DNA of 64,000 nucleotides. It comes from Candidatus Latescibacterota bacterium (GTDB lineage Bacteria > Latescibacterota > UBA2968 > UBA8231). Each line of letters opens with the position of its first letter. Position 1 is the stretch's first letter. The DNA is taken from the NCBI GenBank assembly GCA_965208105.1, contig OZ242318.1, positions 3,168,001-3,232,000 on the forward strand. Direction: 5' to 3'. Shown here piece after piece: positions 29,997-39,445 of this stretch. Below the pieces are notes generated by a model, which was given only the letters and a program-made list of their open reading frames with translations, had not been told where the DNA came from and ran no database searches. The position numbers and the translations under genes were made by a program.

Positions 29997-30815
29997 TCAA
30001 AGGTGGGATTTCATCCACTGATAACACTTCTCGTAGCCGGTCCCCTCGGCGTTTTCCGCTCCTTCGTATTCCGCCGTCCACACCCCGTCGTATCCCTCAT
30101 CCCGCAAGCACCTGACCGCGCGGTCCAGGTGAATCTCACCTTCGCCGAGGGCGGCCCCGACGTAGTTTCCGCGGGCTCCGCGCCCATCCTTCAGGTGGGT
30201 ATGGAAGACGTGCGGGGCCAGGATTTCGAAAAAGTGGTCGATGCGATCCAGGTCGTGGCCGTACCAGCGGTAGTTCATGGTATCCAGGTTCACTCCCAGG
30301 CGCCGGGAGCCAACTCTTTCGATCAGGCTCAGTTGCCACTCCCCGTCATTGGTCGACAGCCCATGGTTGTCGAGGGCGATGCGCACCTCCAGCTTCTCCG
30401 AGATTTCGGCACAGCGCTTGAAGGCCTCCAGCAGCATGGCGTCCCAACGCTCCCGCGGCACGTCGTCGTTGCGGTTCCAGCCGCCGTCGGTGCGAACGAT
30501 ATCGGTGCCCGTGTGGGGGACGATCCGGCAAACATAGCGGTAGCGCTCGATCTGGGCTTGCAGGTCCTCCGGGTCGGCCTGCAGGAAATCGTTGCCTGCC
30601 GCCACCGCCGCCACCTGCACGCCGTATTTGTCAAGGAGAAGCCTGGTGTTCACGGCCCCCTCCTCTCCATTCCGGGACTCCCCGTCCCAGATGTCGCCGA
30701 TTTGCAGCTCGCAGTAGCGATAGCCTATCTCGCTGGCGCGGGCGGCAAAGCCCTCCAGGTCGTATCCGGGCCAGTTGTAGTGGGTGGCGCCGATCTTGGG
30801 ACCAGGCATGGCCAT
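29997..30815 (-). CDS. sugar phosphate isomerase/epimerase (xylose isomerase-like TIM barrel)
   Basis: 'ALDNHG', 'NLDTMN', 'HTHLKD', 'LGEGEI', 'GY.G....EYEG'. Confidence 0.85.
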   Translation of the reverse strand: MAMPGPKIGATHYNWPGYDLEGFAARASEIGYRYCELQIGDIWDGESRNGEEGAVNTRLLLDKYGVQVAAVAAGNDFLQADPEDLQAQIERYRYVCRIVPHTGTDIVRTDGGWNRNDDVPRERWDAMLLEAFKRCAEISEKLEVRIALDNHGLSTNDGEWQLSLIERVGSRRLGVNLDTMNYRWYGHDLDRIDHFFEILAPHVFHTHLKDGRGARGNYVGAALGEGEIHLDRAVRCLRDEGYDGVWTAEYEGAENAEGTGYEKCYQWMKSHL

Positions 30816-30832
30816 TTCTGGAGCCGCGCGCC

Positions 30833-31504
30833 CTATTCCTGGTCCGCCCACGGCATGCGCTCGGTGCTCAGGACTTCGATCTCGTAGACGAGTACCGAGT
30901 TCGGAGGGATCGATCCTGCTTTCTTTCTTCCATATCCCTGACCGGGCGGAATGACGATCCGTCCTTTTCCGCCCACCTTCATCTGCCTGACGCCCTTGGT
31001 GAATCCCGGCATCATCTGGCTCAGGGGAACCTTCTCGGGCTTGTCGCGCTCCAGGGTGCTGTCGAATACGGTGCCGTCGACGAGGGTTCCACGGTAGTGA
31101 ACGGTGACCCAGTCCCGGCGCTTGATCTCCTCGCCGGTGCCAGGGGTCAGCTCAATGTAGATCACCCCGGACGGCAGTACGACAGCCCCTTCTTCGGCAG
31201 CGGCTGCTGCCAGAAACTCCTGCTCTCCCCTGATCCTGAACTTGTCCGACAGGGCGCCGACCATTGGAAGGTACTCCGAGAGGTCCACTTCGGGATCGCG
31301 GTTGCGGGCGGCGTCCTCGACACCTCGCATGACGGGCTCGAGCTCCTCCTGGGTCAACTGGCCCTTGAAGGGTCCCAGTCCTTCGGCCACCAAAAGCCCC
31401 AGGGCGTAGTGGTTCTTCTCTTCCTCGGTCTCCAGTTTCACCTGACTGCCACATCCAACCAGAGCCAGGGCAGTTGCACCCGCTATCAGGTGTATCGCTT
31501 TCAT
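30833..31504 (-). CDS. FKBP-type PPIase, lipoprotein
   Basis: Lipobox 'LVGC', FKBP-N 'YALG', 'VHYRGTLVDGTVFDS', 'IPP..GYG....IPPNSVL'. Confidence 0.9.
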   Translation of the reverse strand: MKAIHLIAGATALALVGCGSQVKLETEEEKNHYALGLLVAEGLGPFKGQLTQEELEPVMRGVEDAARNRDPEVDLSEYLPMVGALSDKFRIRGEQEFLAAAAAEEGAVVLPSGVIYIELTPGTGEEIKRRDWVTVHYRGTLVDGTVFDSTLERDKPEKVPLSQMMPGFTKGVRQMKVGGKGRIVIPPGQGYGRKKAGSIPPNSVLVYEIEVLSTERMPWADQE

Positions 31505-31539
31505 CCTGGTTCAATCTCCTCGGTTATTGATGCGAATCC

Positions 31540-32229
31540 CTATTCGATACCCAGCAGCTCGACCTCGAAAATCAAGGTGGCTCCGCCCGGAATGGCGGGC
31601 GGGCGGCCTGCGTCGCCGTAGGCCAGGTCGGATGGGATGACCAGGAGCGCCTTGCCTCCCGCTTTCATCATCTGCAGCCCCTCGATCCAACCTGGAATGA
31701 CTTGATCAAGGGGAAAGGAGGTGGGCTCGCCGCGTTGAACCGAGCTGTCGAATACGGTGCCGTCGACCAGGGTTCCGTGGTAATGCACCTTGACCCTGTC
31801 CGTCGGTTCGGGTTGGGGTCCGGTGCCGGCGGCGAGCTCCTTGTAGACCAGCCCGGAAGCGGTCTTGACCGCACCGGCTTCGGCCGACGCCTTTTCCAGG
31901 TAGGCTCGATCCCGGTCCTTTTGAGGCATCGCCGCCACGGACATGCGCTCCTTTATCATGGCCTCGAGCAGGGGAATGCGCTCCTGCAGGCTCACCAGGG
32001 GATCCTTGCCCGCGGCTGCGTCGGAGAATCCGCGCAGTACCAGCTCGATTTCCTTCTCGGTCAACTGTCCCTTGAGCGATCCGATATTTTCGCCGACGGC
32101 AAGGCCGAGAGCGTAGAGGGTTTTTTCCTTTTCCGCGTCCTGGTCTGCCGTACTCTCGCCGTGTCCGGCCCCAGCCAGCCCAAGGACGATCCACCCTATG
32201 AGCAGCGGCCATGCGGTTGTGGTTTTCAT
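31540..32229 (-). CDS. FKBP-type PPIase (FkpA/Mip-like)
   Basis: 'KTASGLVY', 'VKVHYHGTLVDGTVFDSS..RGEP..FPL..VIPGW.EGL', 'LAYG....IPG.ATL.FEVELL'. Confidence 0.95.
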   Translation of the reverse strand: MKTTTAWPLLIGWIVLGLAGAGHGESTADQDAEKEKTLYALGLAVGENIGSLKGQLTEKEIELVLRGFSDAAAGKDPLVSLQERIPLLEAMIKERMSVAAMPQKDRDRAYLEKASAEAGAVKTASGLVYKELAAGTGPQPEPTDRVKVHYHGTLVDGTVFDSSVQRGEPTSFPLDQVIPGWIEGLQMMKAGGKALLVIPSDLAYGDAGRPPAIPGGATLIFEVELLGIE

Positions 32230-32347
32230 CCAGGTCCTCCTTGTATGTTCGCTAGTATTCCAGGTAATTTCTCAAGGATCCGGGTCGGAATTGATCGGAA
32301 TTGAAAGGTATCTACAAGTCGATTCGCCAGCAAGGCGGCCGGGTCCC

Positions 32348-33328
32348 CTAGTGGTTTTGCCGGTAATGGCGCCGCAGCAGGTCCTCGCCGAAATCGTTTC
32401 TTAGATCGCGCCAGACGGCGTGAATGTGGTTGGCGTCGTTCTGGGTGTTGTCGTATTCTGCCAGGAAGGTCGGGCCCTGGATGCGGTAGTAGTGAGCACC
32501 TCCTCGCTCTTCTGTTCCCGCCCAGGCGAAACAGCTCTCGCCAAGGTCGGTGCTCTCCAGTTTTCCCATCTCCACGGCGGCCACTTCCTCCGGCAACCGT
32601 CCGATATAGACCTCCACCAGGGCCTTGAGCAGCTGGCGCTGAGCGGTGCTCATATGCGCTCCCGGGAGTCCCTTGTCTTCAAACTCGTCGCGCACGTGCG
32701 GAAGGTTGCGGGTGATGACATCGGCAGGTGCATCGGCGCTGATGACGGCTACTCTCTTCTGCTCACCGTCGAGGGCATGCAGCAGTTCCCGTCCCAGGTC
32801 CTCCTCCTCCTTGAGCGCCCGCATCCCTTCCTTCTCTCCGTGGAGGACCCGGGCGGGATTTGCTCCGAAGAAAATGGGCATGGGTCCTATCATGCGGCCC
32901 TCCACCAGGGTGAAGTTCAGGGATATGTGGTGGCCCTCGAATCGCCAACCCCACAACTCGGCGCCGGGAGTGCCGAAAATGCTGAGGTAGTAGAGTTCCG
33001 GGTCGCGGGCGAAGCGGCGGTCCGGTCCTTCCATCTCCCCCAGGATTTCTTCCAGGGCAATAATGGATTCGACTTTGGCGCGGGCGGCCGGGCTCAATCC
33101 GGAGGCTACCAGGGCAAAGGCGTGTTCTCGATTACCCCGGTCCATGTCCCTGAGGGCAAGGCCGGCGCGCGGCCGGGGTATGTAGTGCCAGTTTTCCCGC
33201 TCCGCCGTATCCCCGAAGTCGAGTTGGGACCTGGCTCTCTGAGCGCTGTCGAGAGAGGCCAGGAATCCGGCTGCGGCCGCAGTCATGCGCTTTGCCGTCT
33301 CCTCCAGGTAGATTTCATTCAAGTCCAT
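32348..33328 (-). CDS. DUF3500-domain protein
   Basis: 'WHYIP..RAGL', 'YYLSIFGTPG...WGWRFEGHHISLN', 'YYRIQGPTFL.EYDNTQ..ANHIH.VWRD..NDFG'. Confidence 0.9.
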   Translation of the reverse strand: MDLNEIYLEETAKRMTAAAAGFLASLDSAQRARSQLDFGDTAERENWHYIPRPRAGLALRDMDRGNREHAFALVASGLSPAARAKVESIIALEEILGEMEGPDRRFARDPELYYLSIFGTPGAELWGWRFEGHHISLNFTLVEGRMIGPMPIFFGANPARVLHGEKEGMRALKEEEDLGRELLHALDGEQKRVAVISADAPADVITRNLPHVRDEFEDKGLPGAHMSTAQRQLLKALVEVYIGRLPEEVAAVEMGKLESTDLGESCFAWAGTEERGGAHYYRIQGPTFLAEYDNTQNDANHIHAVWRDLRNDFGEDLLRRHYRQNH

Positions 33329-33331
33329 GCT

Positions 33332-34105
33332 TCACCTTTGCGGACTGCGGCCGCTCAAGTCGTCGTGCAGGTCGATGGTCGTGAACTCCCGGTCTTCCTG
33401 CGCCACGGCGAGGCGCAGGAACTCCAGATTTTCCTCGGCGGGGTTGTAGATGCCGTGGCCGGTTCCGATGCCCTGCCAGGTCACCGAGTTCGGCCCCACG
33501 GCGAAGGTTTCATCGTCGATGGTCATGAATCCCCTGCCCTTCATCACGAGAAAGCATTCTTCGAGTGCGTCGTGGTAGTGGTAGCCTACCGAACTCCGCG
33601 ATTCCAGGACGGCGTGGTCCACGAAAGCCCAGCTGCTGTGGAAATCTTCCGGGCCCCAGAGGTGCCTGGTCGCGATGCGGCCAGCCCCCTGGTGGATGGC
33701 ATCGCTCCACCGGAGGCTCTCCAGGTCCACGGGTTCAACACGGAACGGGAGGTGGGCATCGACGCATTCACCGGTGCCCACACTCATGTGAACCAGGCGG
33801 GCAGATTCCCCGCCGCGGTTGTTGATGGCGTGCTCTCCGCCGATTTTCGCCAACAGTACGGCCGGACCTTGTACTTCCCGGCCCATTCCACCGCAGACCC
33901 ACTCCACCACTCCTTCCACTACTATATAGCCGTGCTCGCACAACTCGTCAGCAGCTATCCTGGCTTCCTTCCCCGGAGCCAGGTCCAGGCGGTTGAGCAA
34001 GCGCCAGGATGTCTGGAATCGTCTCCCGGGAAAAATCTCTACTTCTCCGGAAGTTATTCCTTTCCCCGGATCGTCGAGTTGCATATGACCGTTTCCTGAT
34101 CGCAT
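33332..34105 (-). CDS. cupin-domain (bicupin-like) protein
   Basis: 'VGYHYHDALEECFLV..GRG.M.ID', 'G.GHGIYN'. Confidence 0.8.
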   Translation of the reverse strand: MRSGNGHMQLDDPGKGITSGEVEIFPGRRFQTSWRLLNRLDLAPGKEARIAADELCEHGYIVVEGVVEWVCGGMGREVQGPAVLLAKIGGEHAINNRGGESARLVHMSVGTGECVDAHLPFRVEPVDLESLRWSDAIHQGAGRIATRHLWGPEDFHSSWAFVDHAVLESRSSVGYHYHDALEECFLVMKGRGFMTIDDETFAVGPNSVTWQGIGTGHGIYNPAEENLEFLRLAVAQEDREFTTIDLHDDLSGRSPQR

Positions 34106-34214
34106 TGCCAGATACCCTTATGCGGAGATCGAAGGGGTGTGAAAATCAGGCGGCGGGGGATGCGGCGACTCGCGCCGGGTCACCGATGAATACCCTGGAC
34201 CGGCAGAATGGCAC

Positions 34215-35285
34215 CTATGCCTCCACCTGCAATCGCTTCCACTTCTGCTGGAACCCAGGCCGCTCGAAGACCTCCTCGTTCACCACCCCCGGGGGCACTC
34301 GTCCCAAAGCCAGATCGACGACGCTGCCGCAAGCCATCCTGCCTATGTCGCGGAACAGTTCTTCCGTCCATCCGATGGAGTGAGGCGCCAGGACCACGTT
34401 GTCCAGAGCGCCGAAGCGGTGCGGCTCCACGATCGGTTCTCCCACGAAACAGTCGATTCCGGCTCCGGCAATCCGCCCCTGGTTCAAAAGCTCGAAGAGC
34501 GCGTCCTCGTCGACAATGCCTCCACGGGCGGTGTTTATCAGGTAGGCTTCGGGTTTCATCAGGTTCAGCTCTCTCTCCCCCACCAGTCCGAGAGTCTCGT
34601 CGGTCAGGGGACAGTGAATCGAGACGAAATCCGCCCGCTTCATCAACTCGTCGATGCCGACCAGGTCGACGCCCAGTTTCTCTGCCGCGGCGGCGTCGAC
34701 GTGCGGATCGAAGGCGATCGGTCTGTTCATACCGAAGGTGCTCAGCAGGCGGATGGTCTCGCGCGCAATCCCGCCGAATCCCACGGCCCCGAAGGTGCGG
34801 CCGCGCAGCTCGACCCCATGGTAGATGGTGCGGTCGTCCCAGGCCCCCGTGCGAACCAGCCGGTCTTTGGGGATAATTCGGTGGGTCAAGGCGATCATGA
34901 GGCCGATGGTAGCCTCCCCCATGGACCTGTTGACTCCGCCCGCGGCTATGAGGACCGCGACGTCGGCCTCGGTGCAAGCCGGCACGTCCACCGCGTCATA
35001 GCCCACCCCGACGCGGCTGAATACCAGCAGGTCCTCGGAAGCGGCAACTGTCTCGGTGCTCACCCTTTCGCCTCCCAGGATCACTCCCTGGATTCCGGCG
35101 AGCTGGTCGGAACCTAGTTCCGGGCGGTTTTCTCCGAGGACGCAGGATTCGACGCGGGGACAGTCGGCGAAGACTTCCAATCCCAGGTCCTTGAACTTCA
35201 GGTTGCCGTCGCTGTCGAAGAAATCGGCGGTCAGGGCCACGCGGAATAGGTTCCGTTGCTGGTTTGACATGGCAGCCTCTGTCAT
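34215..35285 (-). CDS. D-isomer-specific 2-hydroxyacid dehydrogenase
   Basis: 'GVGYDAVD', 'GFGGIA', 'ADFVSIHCPLT.ET', 'INTARGGIVDE', 'EP', 'LAPH'; ATGA overlap with the upstream gene. Confidence 0.92.
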   Translation of the reverse strand: MTEAAMSNQQRNLFRVALTADFFDSDGNLKFKDLGLEVFADCPRVESCVLGENRPELGSDQLAGIQGVILGGERVSTETVAASEDLLVFSRVGVGYDAVDVPACTEADVAVLIAAGGVNRSMGEATIGLMIALTHRIIPKDRLVRTGAWDDRTIYHGVELRGRTFGAVGFGGIARETIRLLSTFGMNRPIAFDPHVDAAAAEKLGVDLVGIDELMKRADFVSIHCPLTDETLGLVGERELNLMKPEAYLINTARGGIVDEDALFELLNQGRIAGAGIDCFVGEPIVEPHRFGALDNVVLAPHSIGWTEELFRDIGRMACGSVVDLALGRVPPGVVNEEVFERPGFQQKWKRLQVEA

Positions 35286-36940
35286 TTCCAGGGATTGCCT
35301 TCGACCGTGGCGCACGCCTCGTCGACCACCAGGCGCTCGGGTACCGGGCCGGCGTAGACCCAGACCATGGCCATGGGCTCGTGGGTCTCGTTGATGAAAT
35401 AGTGAACGCGGCCGCGCGGCTGCAGTGCCGTGGCGTTGTCACCCAGGGTGTAACGGCGGCCCTCCACGATGCAGGTGGCCGTGCCCTCGACGATGGAGAT
35501 CGACTCGTCGAAGTCGTGGATGTGGGCCGGCAGACGCCCCTGGTGCTGGAAGAGGCCGTAGCCTCCACTCATTTCGATCCCTGGCATCAGATCGCTGTTG
35601 AAGAAATCGATGAAGGATGTGTTGGGCCCGGCCTCGTAGCGCGGCGCGCTGCGGTGCCGCGTGACCCGCTCCCGTCCTGCCTGGCCGCCGGCGTCGGCCG
35701 CCATCCTGCGGCGCGGGAAGAAGGATTCCACCGTGGTGCGAGCCGGCTGGGTTGCAGGCACGGCCACGTGAAAGACGGCGGGCTCGCGCGCGCCTGGATT
35801 CATGGCGGAGTGCGGCAGGTTCGGGGGAATGGTCACGTTGTCGAACGGCTCGAGGGAGTACATCCGTCCTTCCACTTCCACGATGGCTTCGCCGCTCAGG
35901 AGAGTGACGGACTCGGTATAGGGGTGGGTGTGGTATGGCAGACGGACTCCGGGAGCAAAGGAGGAAAGGCCGGTGGTCAGGTTGCGCGCCTGGTTGTGGG
36001 ACCCCACCAGGGCTTCGAAGGTCAGGCCGGGGGCGATCTCGATCACCTCCCCCTCCCCTGCGGCGTTCATCACCTCGGGCCGGTCGGGGCGCATGGCCTC
36101 GGGTGGACGCTCCAATGGGCGGACGGCGTCGAGGGGAGTACTCTCGAGGGTGAAGCCCGGCGCTATCCTGCGGTCGCGGCCGATATGCGTCATGGCGCCG
36201 CGCAGACTGCGCAGCATCAGCCCGCCGTCGATGCCGATTGCCAGCATTCGGAAGCCCTGTTCGAGCCGCTCGTCGAGGTTGTCGTTGTCCGTGGCCACTA
36301 CGCCACAGTGCTTGCCTGCTTTGCGGATGGCTTCCTTGGTCTCGAGGATCATCTCGGCTACGCCGGGCCCTTCCCACTGGCCCGGAGACCCTGCGGTGGA
36401 AGAGTAGTCGGCCGGGCCGAAGAAGAAGATCTCCACTCCGTCCACCTCGAGCAGTTGGTGAATGTTGCGGCCCCCCTTCACCGACTCTATGATGGGCACC
36501 ACGAGCACGTTCTCCTCGGCTTCCTCGACGTGCTCCGCAAAGCACTGACCCCAGCAAGTGGCGCGCTCGGCGCCGATGCCGCGCAGCCCCTGGGGCGGAT
36601 AGTGGGCGAAGGAGACGGCCTCGCGCAACTGCTCGACCTCCTCCATCCAGGGCACCACCACCCCGTCCGCCCCGATGTCCAGGGCGCGTTTGACCAGCCC
36701 TATGCTGAGTTCGGCGATGCGAACCAGAACCACCGTGTCGCTGCGCACGGTGGCGCGGATGTGCTCGAGGATGTCGCGCCAGTCGAGGTGGCCGTGCTCG
36801 GCGTCGACCACGATCCAGTCAAGGCCCAGGGCCACCCCCATCTCGGAAATGCTGCCCGACTCGAGGGTGACCCAGAGCCCGTAGACCGGTTCGTCGCGGG
36901 CAAGTTTCTGGCGCATTTTGCCAATGGCGGGGCTTTTCAT
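35282..36940 (-). CDS. HpcH/HpaI aldolase fused to two cupin domains
   Basis: Aldolase motifs 'VDAEHG', 'LVRI', 'ALDIGA.GVVVP', 'IIES', 'GPADY'; cupins 'LPYHTHPYTES...PH' and 'LPAHIHDFDES...VH'. Confidence 0.88.
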   Translation of the reverse strand: MKSPAIGKMRQKLARDEPVYGLWVTLESGSISEMGVALGLDWIVVDAEHGHLDWRDILEHIRATVRSDTVVLVRIAELSIGLVKRALDIGADGVVVPWMEEVEQLREAVSFAHYPPQGLRGIGAERATCWGQCFAEHVEEAEENVLVVPIIESVKGGRNIHQLLEVDGVEIFFFGPADYSSTAGSPGQWEGPGVAEMILETKEAIRKAGKHCGVVATDNDNLDERLEQGFRMLAIGIDGGLMLRSLRGAMTHIGRDRRIAPGFTLESTPLDAVRPLERPPEAMRPDRPEVMNAAGEGEVIEIAPGLTFEALVGSHNQARNLTTGLSSFAPGVRLPYHTHPYTESVTLLSGEAIVEVEGRMYSLEPFDNVTIPPNLPHSAMNPGAREPAVFHVAVPATQPARTTVESFFPRRRMAADAGGQAGRERVTRHRSAPRYEAGPNTSFIDFFNSDLMPGIEMSGGYGLFQHQGRLPAHIHDFDESISIVEGTATCIVEGRRYTLGDNATALQPRGRVHYFINETHEPMAMVWVYAGPVPERLVVDEACATVEGNPWK

Positions 36941-37141
36941 TTCACCTCGAACAGGTTGCGGAGGTATCGGCGGACAGAAAAAAGTAGGGCAAACCAGGTC
37001 TTGTGTCCATTTCTCCCGGGGACAATGAAGCTGCGTTGGAGAAGCTGTTGAGCAGCCTTGGGTTCTCGAGCCAGGAGGGTTTGGGACAGCCGGGGGACCG
37101 GGGGATCTGGATGGCGACCGGGACGGTCGACTCGAAAGACC

Positions 37142-38050
37142 TCATCCCTCCGGGGCCCAGTCCCGGGGCTGCAAAAACACCTCGTAAAGCCGCGCCTCCT
37201 CCGATCCCGGCTCGGGGTGCCAGTCGTACTTCCAGCGCACCAGGGGCGGCAGGGACACCAGGAAGGACTCCGTGCGTCCACCGGACTGCAGCCCGAACAA
37301 GGTGCCGCGGTCGTAGACCAGGTTGAACTCCACGTAGCGCCCGCGCCGGTAGAGCTGGAAGTTGCGCTGGCGTTCGCCGTAGGGAGTGTTCTTGCGCCGC
37401 GAAAGGATGGGAAGGTAGGCCGGCAGGAAGTGATCTCCCACGCTGCGCGCGAGGCCGAAGCTGTGGTCGAACCCTCCTTCGTCGAAATCGTCGAAGAAAA
37501 GCCCCCCGATGCCGCGCGGCTCGTTGCGGTGCCTGATGAAGAAGTAGTCGTCGCACCACTTCTTGAAGCGCTGGTACAGATGCGGGCCGAAAGGATCGCA
37601 TGCCGCCCTGGCCGTTTTGTGCCAGTGCACCGCGTCTTCCTCGAATCCGTAGAATGGAGTCAGGTCGATCCCCCCGCCGAACCACCAGACCGGCTCGGCA
37701 TCCTTCCCCGCGGCCGCGAAGAAGCGCAGGTTGGCGTGAGCGGAGGGCACATGGGGATTGCGCGGATGCACGATCAAGGACATGCCCATGGCCTCGAAAC
37801 CGCGGCCGGTCAGCTCCGGCCTGCGCGCGGTCGCCGCGGCCGGCAGCTGTTTCCCCTTCACCCGGGAGAAATTGACCCCTGCCTTTTCGATGGCGCCCCC
37901 ATCCTCGATGACTCGCGACAGCCCGCCTCCTCCCTGCGCCCTCTCCCAGGAATCTTCGATGAAGCGCTTCTCCCCGTCTTCCCCTTCCAGCGCCGCGCAA
38001 ATCCGCGCCTGGAGACCGCGCAGGTACTTTTCAACAGCATCCGGATCCAC
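37142..38050 (-). CDS. hemF: oxygen-dependent coproporphyrinogen III oxidase
   Basis: 'EKAGVNFS', '[12 protein letters not shown]', 'WWFGGG.DLTP', 'CDDYF...[14 protein letters not shown]', '[19 protein letters not shown]'. Confidence 0.97.
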   Translation of the reverse strand: MDPDAVEKYLRGLQARICAALEGEDGEKRFIEDSWERAQGGGGLSRVIEDGGAIEKAGVNFSRVKGKQLPAAATARRPELTGRGFEAMGMSLIVHPRNPHVPSAHANLRFFAAAGKDAEPVWWFGGGIDLTPFYGFEEDAVHWHKTARAACDPFGPHLYQRFKKWCDDYFFIRHRNEPRGIGGLFFDDFDEGGFDHSFGLARSVGDHFLPAYLPILSRRKNTPYGERQRNFQLYRRGRYVEFNLVYDRGTLFGLQSGGRTESFLVSLPPLVRWKYDWHPEPGSEEARLYEVFLQPRDWAPEG

Positions 38051-38219
38051 AGAATAAATGGGGCCTCCGAAACCCCGGCCGCTCGCGGGACCTGCCGCCA
38101 GGTGAAGCGCCCGCGCGCCTTGACGCAGACCGCCTGATCGAACACATTACCCGTTCGCCAAAAAAGCAGGCCTTCCAACCGCCTGTCAAGCACATGTGCG
38201 CACCAACCAGGAGAAGCAA

Positions 38220-39197
38220 ATGTCTCTAACCATGCGCGTAGGCCTGGGCCAGTTCAAACAGTTGACCGACGAAAAACTCGCCTTCATCAAGCAGATGGGG
38301 GCCGATGATTTCCTCATGAACACTCCGGAGCTTCCAGGAGACAGGCAGTGGGAATACGAAGACCTGGTCGCCCTCAGGGAACGGGCGGACGCCGCCGAGT
38401 TGCGCCTCATGGCCCTCGAGAACGTTCCCATTTCCTTCTATGACAAAGTCATGCTCGGTCTGCCCGGCCGCGACGAGCAGATCGAGCACATGCGCACCAC
38501 CATCCGCAACATGGGCAGGGCGGGGATTCCCATCTTCGGCTACCACTGGGTGCCCAACTTCGTATGGCGCACGCCCGAAATGGCTACCCTCAGGGGAGGG
38601 GCGCAGTCCACCCGTTTCAACCTGGAAGAGCACACATCGGCTCAACTTACCCACGGCCGCGTCTTCACCGACGAGGAAATGTGGGCGAACTACGAATACT
38701 TCCTCGAGCGCATCCTTCCCGTGGCCGAAGAAGCCCGGGTCAGACTCGCCCTGCATCCGGACGATCCGCCGGTTGAGTCCCTGGGCGGCGTCGCCCGCAT
38801 CTTCCGCAACTTTTCGGCCTTCAAGCGCGCCATGGACACCTTCGACAGCCCAATGCACGGCCTCGATTTCTGCATGGGCTGCTGGTCCGAGATGGGAGGG
38901 CACGACAACGTCATAAAGGGGATCCGCCACTTCGGCGGCCAGGGCAAAATCGTCTACGTCCACTTCCGCGATGTCGAGGGCCGGGCTTCCTGCTTCCACG
39001 AGTGCTTCATCGACGCCGGCCAGGTCGACACCTTCGAGGTCGTCAGAACCCTGAAGGAGGTCGGTTTCGACGGCTTCATGATTCCCGACCACGTGCCGGA
39101 GGTGGTGGACGATACCTCCTGGGGCCACCGCGGCCGCGCCCACGCCGTCGGCTATATGCAGGCCCTCATCCAGGTCGTCGGCAAGTTGGATTCCTGA
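38220..39197 (+). CDS. uxuA: mannonate dehydratase
   Basis: 'LGLPGRDEQIE', 'LALHPDDPP', 'VHFRDV', 'F.ECFID.G', 'IPDHVP', 'GRAHAVGY'. Confidence 0.88.
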   Translation: MSLTMRVGLGQFKQLTDEKLAFIKQMGADDFLMNTPELPGDRQWEYEDLVALRERADAAELRLMALENVPISFYDKVMLGLPGRDEQIEHMRTTIRNMGRAGIPIFGYHWVPNFVWRTPEMATLRGGAQSTRFNLEEHTSAQLTHGRVFTDEEMWANYEYFLERILPVAEEARVRLALHPDDPPVESLGGVARIFRNFSAFKRAMDTFDSPMHGLDFCMGCWSEMGGHDNVIKGIRHFGGQGKIVYVHFRDVEGRASCFHECFIDAGQVDTFEVVRTLKEVGFDGFMIPDHVPEVVDDTSWGHRGRAHAVGYMQALIQVVGKLDS

Positions 39198-39208
39198 AAA
39201 TTCCCGGG

Positions 39209-39237
39209 TTGACAGGATGTGGAATTGAATTTAGCTT
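39209..39237 (+). promoter_or_regulatory. sigma70 promoter of the trp operon
   Basis: TTGACA-N17-TAGCTT upstream of the leader ORF. Confidence 0.7.
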
Positions 39238-39273
39238 CTATCCCGTTTGAAATTTCGGGGAATGGGAATTTTG

Positions 39274-39360
39274 ATGAACTGCAGTCTACTCACTGTTTTC
39301 GATCGGCGCTGGTGGCGCTGCTGGTATCCCTGCGCTGGAGAAAGAGGTGCGTCCACCTGA
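39274..39360 (+). CDS. trpL: trp attenuator leader peptide MNCSLLTVFDRRWWRCWYPCAGERGAST
   Basis: 28 codons with tandem Trp codons plus a third Trp, lying between the promoter and a terminator in front of trpE(G). Confidence 0.85.
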   Translation: MNCSLLTVFDRRWWRCWYPCAGERGAST

Positions 39361-39390
39361 TTGACTGAAGACCGAAATCTGATCTGAACC

Positions 39391-39430
39391 AATACCGCGG
39401 GCGCAACCAATGCGCTCGCGGTATTTTTGT
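39391..39430 (+). terminator. trp attenuator terminator
   Basis: AATACCGCGGGCGCA-ACCAA-TGCGCTCGCGGTATT-TTTGT; GGTGCGTCC (39346-39354) can pair with its left arm as an antiterminator. Confidence 0.85.
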
Positions 39431-39445
39431 GAATGGAGAGCGAAG

